NCBI RefSeq assembly: GCF_963921235.1
Contig: NC_086097.1
Span: 38,752,001 to 38,816,000 of the forward strand
Source of the DNA: Mobula hypostoma
Lineage: Eukaryota
Length of the DNA: 64,000 bases
Direction: 5' to 3'
This document shows, in pieces, positions 61,701-64,000 of the stretch (the stretch's first letter is position 1; each line of letters begins with the position of its first letter). Made by a program: the position numbers and the translations under genes. The notes beneath the pieces are model-generated. The model worked only from the letters and a program-made list of their open reading frames with translations. It was not told where the DNA came from and made no database searches.

Positions 61701-62211
61701 TTACCAAACTTTGTTTACTACTGTGGGAATGTGACCATGAAATGCAATTCTGCTGTGGGAACATAAAAGTTTGGTGAATACAGGGGTGAGTCTCATAAAC
61801 AGTGGTGACAGGTGATGATTGGTTCTGATCCTGTGGTTTGTGCTGGTCCACTTACTGCAGCATTTCATATTAGTGGAAAGGGTATAAAAGTAGAGCATCA
61901 GGAGGCTTGGATGTAGTTCTTTGAGGTCTCACCAACAAGGTGGTCGAGAACAGCGCCACAGATTGACTGAGAGGTATGCTATGGTGTGAGGGGCCTGTGC
62001 ATAGCTAGATAAGTATTTTAATGCTTGTTCTGTTCTGTTCTAATGTAGATGGTTTTATGCAATTAATTGGCATTAGTATCTTTATGCCTATCTGAGCCAG
62101 ATCCCAGAATCTTTTTGACGTAACGAAGCACAGTACCTGTTTGAAGCCCCTGCCTGCAAAGCAACTGATGTCCAGGTGACTGGCTATGTTCAGGAAAGCC
62201 AAGACCATACG

Positions 62212-62390
62212 CAGACACCAGAGATTCTACAGATGCTGGAAATCCAGAGCAACACACATAAAAAGCTGGAGGAATTCAGCAGGTCAGGCAGCATCTATGG
62301 AACAAAATAAACAGTCGACACTTTGGCTGAGGCCGTTCTGCAGAACTGGAAAGGAAGGTGGATGAAGCCAGAATAAAAAAGTGGATAAGA
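62212..62390 (-). mobile_element. Penelope pLTR
   Basis: gattctacagatgctggaaatccagagcaacacac..cagtcgacac; further pLTR scraps at 29240, 39515, 43100, 47300, 58880 and 60880. Confidence 0.8.
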
Positions 62391-62449
62391 ATAACTGTAC
62401 ATGACCTGAATTTAGTTCATAAAAGGATTACAGAACACTGTTGTGGAGA

Positions 62450-62760
62450 AATACAACATGCCAACAGGCTCTATGGACCATCAGGTCTATGCTAACCATC
62501 AAGCACCCACTTACATTAATTCGACACAAACCACAATTTATTTTCCACACGTTTGTGCCAATTGACCATGTGCCCCATCTTTCCCAGGTTCTACCAATTA
62601 CCTACACATGAGGGCAAATTTACCATAACTAATAAACTCATTGACCTGTAGACTCATTGAAATGTGGAAGAAAGTTGGAGCACATGCAAAACCATACAAG
62701 CAGCACCTGTCTATAGGAGTGAACCAGGTGTCTGGCTCAGTGGGACAGCAGCACTGTGTC
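62450..62760 (-). mobile_element. Degraded V-SINE
   Basis: ctacacatgagggcaaatttac..aatgtggaagaaagttggagcac..gaaccaggtgtctggc. Confidence 0.6.
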
Positions 62761-62919
62761 AACCAGATCAGAAGAAATTAACTACTATCAAAAAACTAAT
62801 TTTGTTAAAAGTATTTATATGAGCTTGAAGTTGGGAGATCTACATTTGTAGGTTTGGTTCCATATTTAAACCAAGGTTTAATAACTTAGGAACATAAAAT
62901 TTAAATGGTTGTCTCTTCT

Positions 62920-63172
62920 TATTTATTATTTTTTTAATGAGATACAGTGCAAAGTAGGCCCTTCCAGCTCTTCGAACTGTGCCCCGATTTGACAGTAACC
63001 TAATTAAGGCCAATTAACCTATAAACGGGACATATTGGGACTGTGGGAGGAAACTGGAGTACATGGAGGAAACCCAAACAGCCATGGGGAGAACATACAA
63101 AATTCTTACAGGCAGCGGTGGGAATTGAACCTGGGTCGCTGGTACAGTAAAGCGCTGTGCTAACCACTACAC
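62920..63172 (-). mobile_element. tRNA-derived V-SINE
   Basis: gactgtgggaggaaactggagtacatggaggaaaccc..ggcagcggtgggaattgaacctgggtcgctgg..gctaaccactac. Confidence 0.85.
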
Positions 63173-63249
63173 TTACAGGCTGTTCTTAATTTCCCCTTGC
63201 ATTTATTCCAGCACTGTAAGGTTATGACTGATCTTTTATTCCTGCAATG

Positions 63250-63490
63250 ACTTTATGCCCCTTTATTCCTCATTATCCAAGAACCTAATCAATCTCCCTC
63301 TTGAATATACTCAGCAGCTGAGCAGTCACTACCCTTTCTGGTGGAGAATTCCTAACATTCACTGCACTCTGGGCAAAGAAATTTCTTTTCATTTCATCCC
63401 GAATAGCGAATCTTTTAGTCTGAGACTATGATCCCCTTTTCTAGATACCATAACAATGGGAAACACATCTACCCCATTGTGTCCCTAAGG
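63250..63490 (-). mobile_element. Degraded CR1 3' fragment
   Basis: ttgaatatactcag..ggagaattcctaacattcactgcactctgggcaaagaaatttc. Confidence 0.7.
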
Positions 63491-63924
63491 ATTTTGTTCA
63501 CCTGCTTTGTTCAGTGTCTTTCTATTCAACTTACTCCCCAATATCCAAAACAGTATCTCCAGTAATGAAGCAACTTTTCCCTTGTCCCAGTTCCAACTGA
63601 CCCTCTCAAATGTTGCAGGGTTTGGAGCATAACCCGTTGTAGTGCAGGATTTCTGCAGGAATATATAAATTCCTAGGCCAAAGGTTTACTTGTAAATCAA
63701 GTAAAATCCCCCAGTTTGTATTGGAAGCATTTTCAAATATAAATTGGAATATGACCACAAGGACACAATCCAATTTTTCCTTCTGGTTCCCTTTCTGCCC
63801 TTTTCCACCATTCAGCAATAAGTTTGTTCAGTTGCAATTTAATTTTTTTTTAATTCCCACCTTTATGCAAAGCTGACATTCGAAGATTTCTGCTTAATGA
63901 GACACATCACATTTGAGCAGGAGA

Positions 63925-64000
63925 CAATAGTGAAGGGTGAGACAAAACTCGTTAGACCATACTTGGAGGACTGCGTTCAGTTCTAGTCGCCTGATTACTG
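63925..64000 (+). mobile_element. CR1 RT fragment at the window edge
   Basis: KLVRPYLEDCVQF. Confidence 0.65.

Overview
Repeat-saturated vertebrate genomic DNA, probably intronic or intergenic. The repeat families (HER1/HE1-type CR1 LINEs and V-SINEs, Deu-domain SINEs, Neptune-type Penelope-like elements) point to a cartilaginous fish, probably a ray; this is an inference. No host protein-coding gene can be supported: every ORF I could recognise is a transposon remnant (CR1, Rex1/Babar, RTE, Penelope RT/GIY-YIG, Gypsy integrase, Tc1, Tigger, Harbinger). The most notable structures are: (i) many Penelope-derived fold-back insertions with 13-15 bp TSDs, shrinking to about 145 bp of pure pseudo-LTR and carrying minimal hammerhead ribozyme motifs, with three intact cores; (ii) non-coding, tRNA-less retroposons with a YY1-type head and Rex1-type tail; (iii) a PLE+CR1+spacer composite module present twice, 33 kb apart; (iv) an 85 bp locally templated insertion that duplicates an RFX X-box; (v) an RFX/FOX motif cluster in unique DNA; (vi) several multi-level nested insertions whose order can be read from TSDs. 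Boundaries of old elements are approximate, and family names come from motif recognition, not from database searches.
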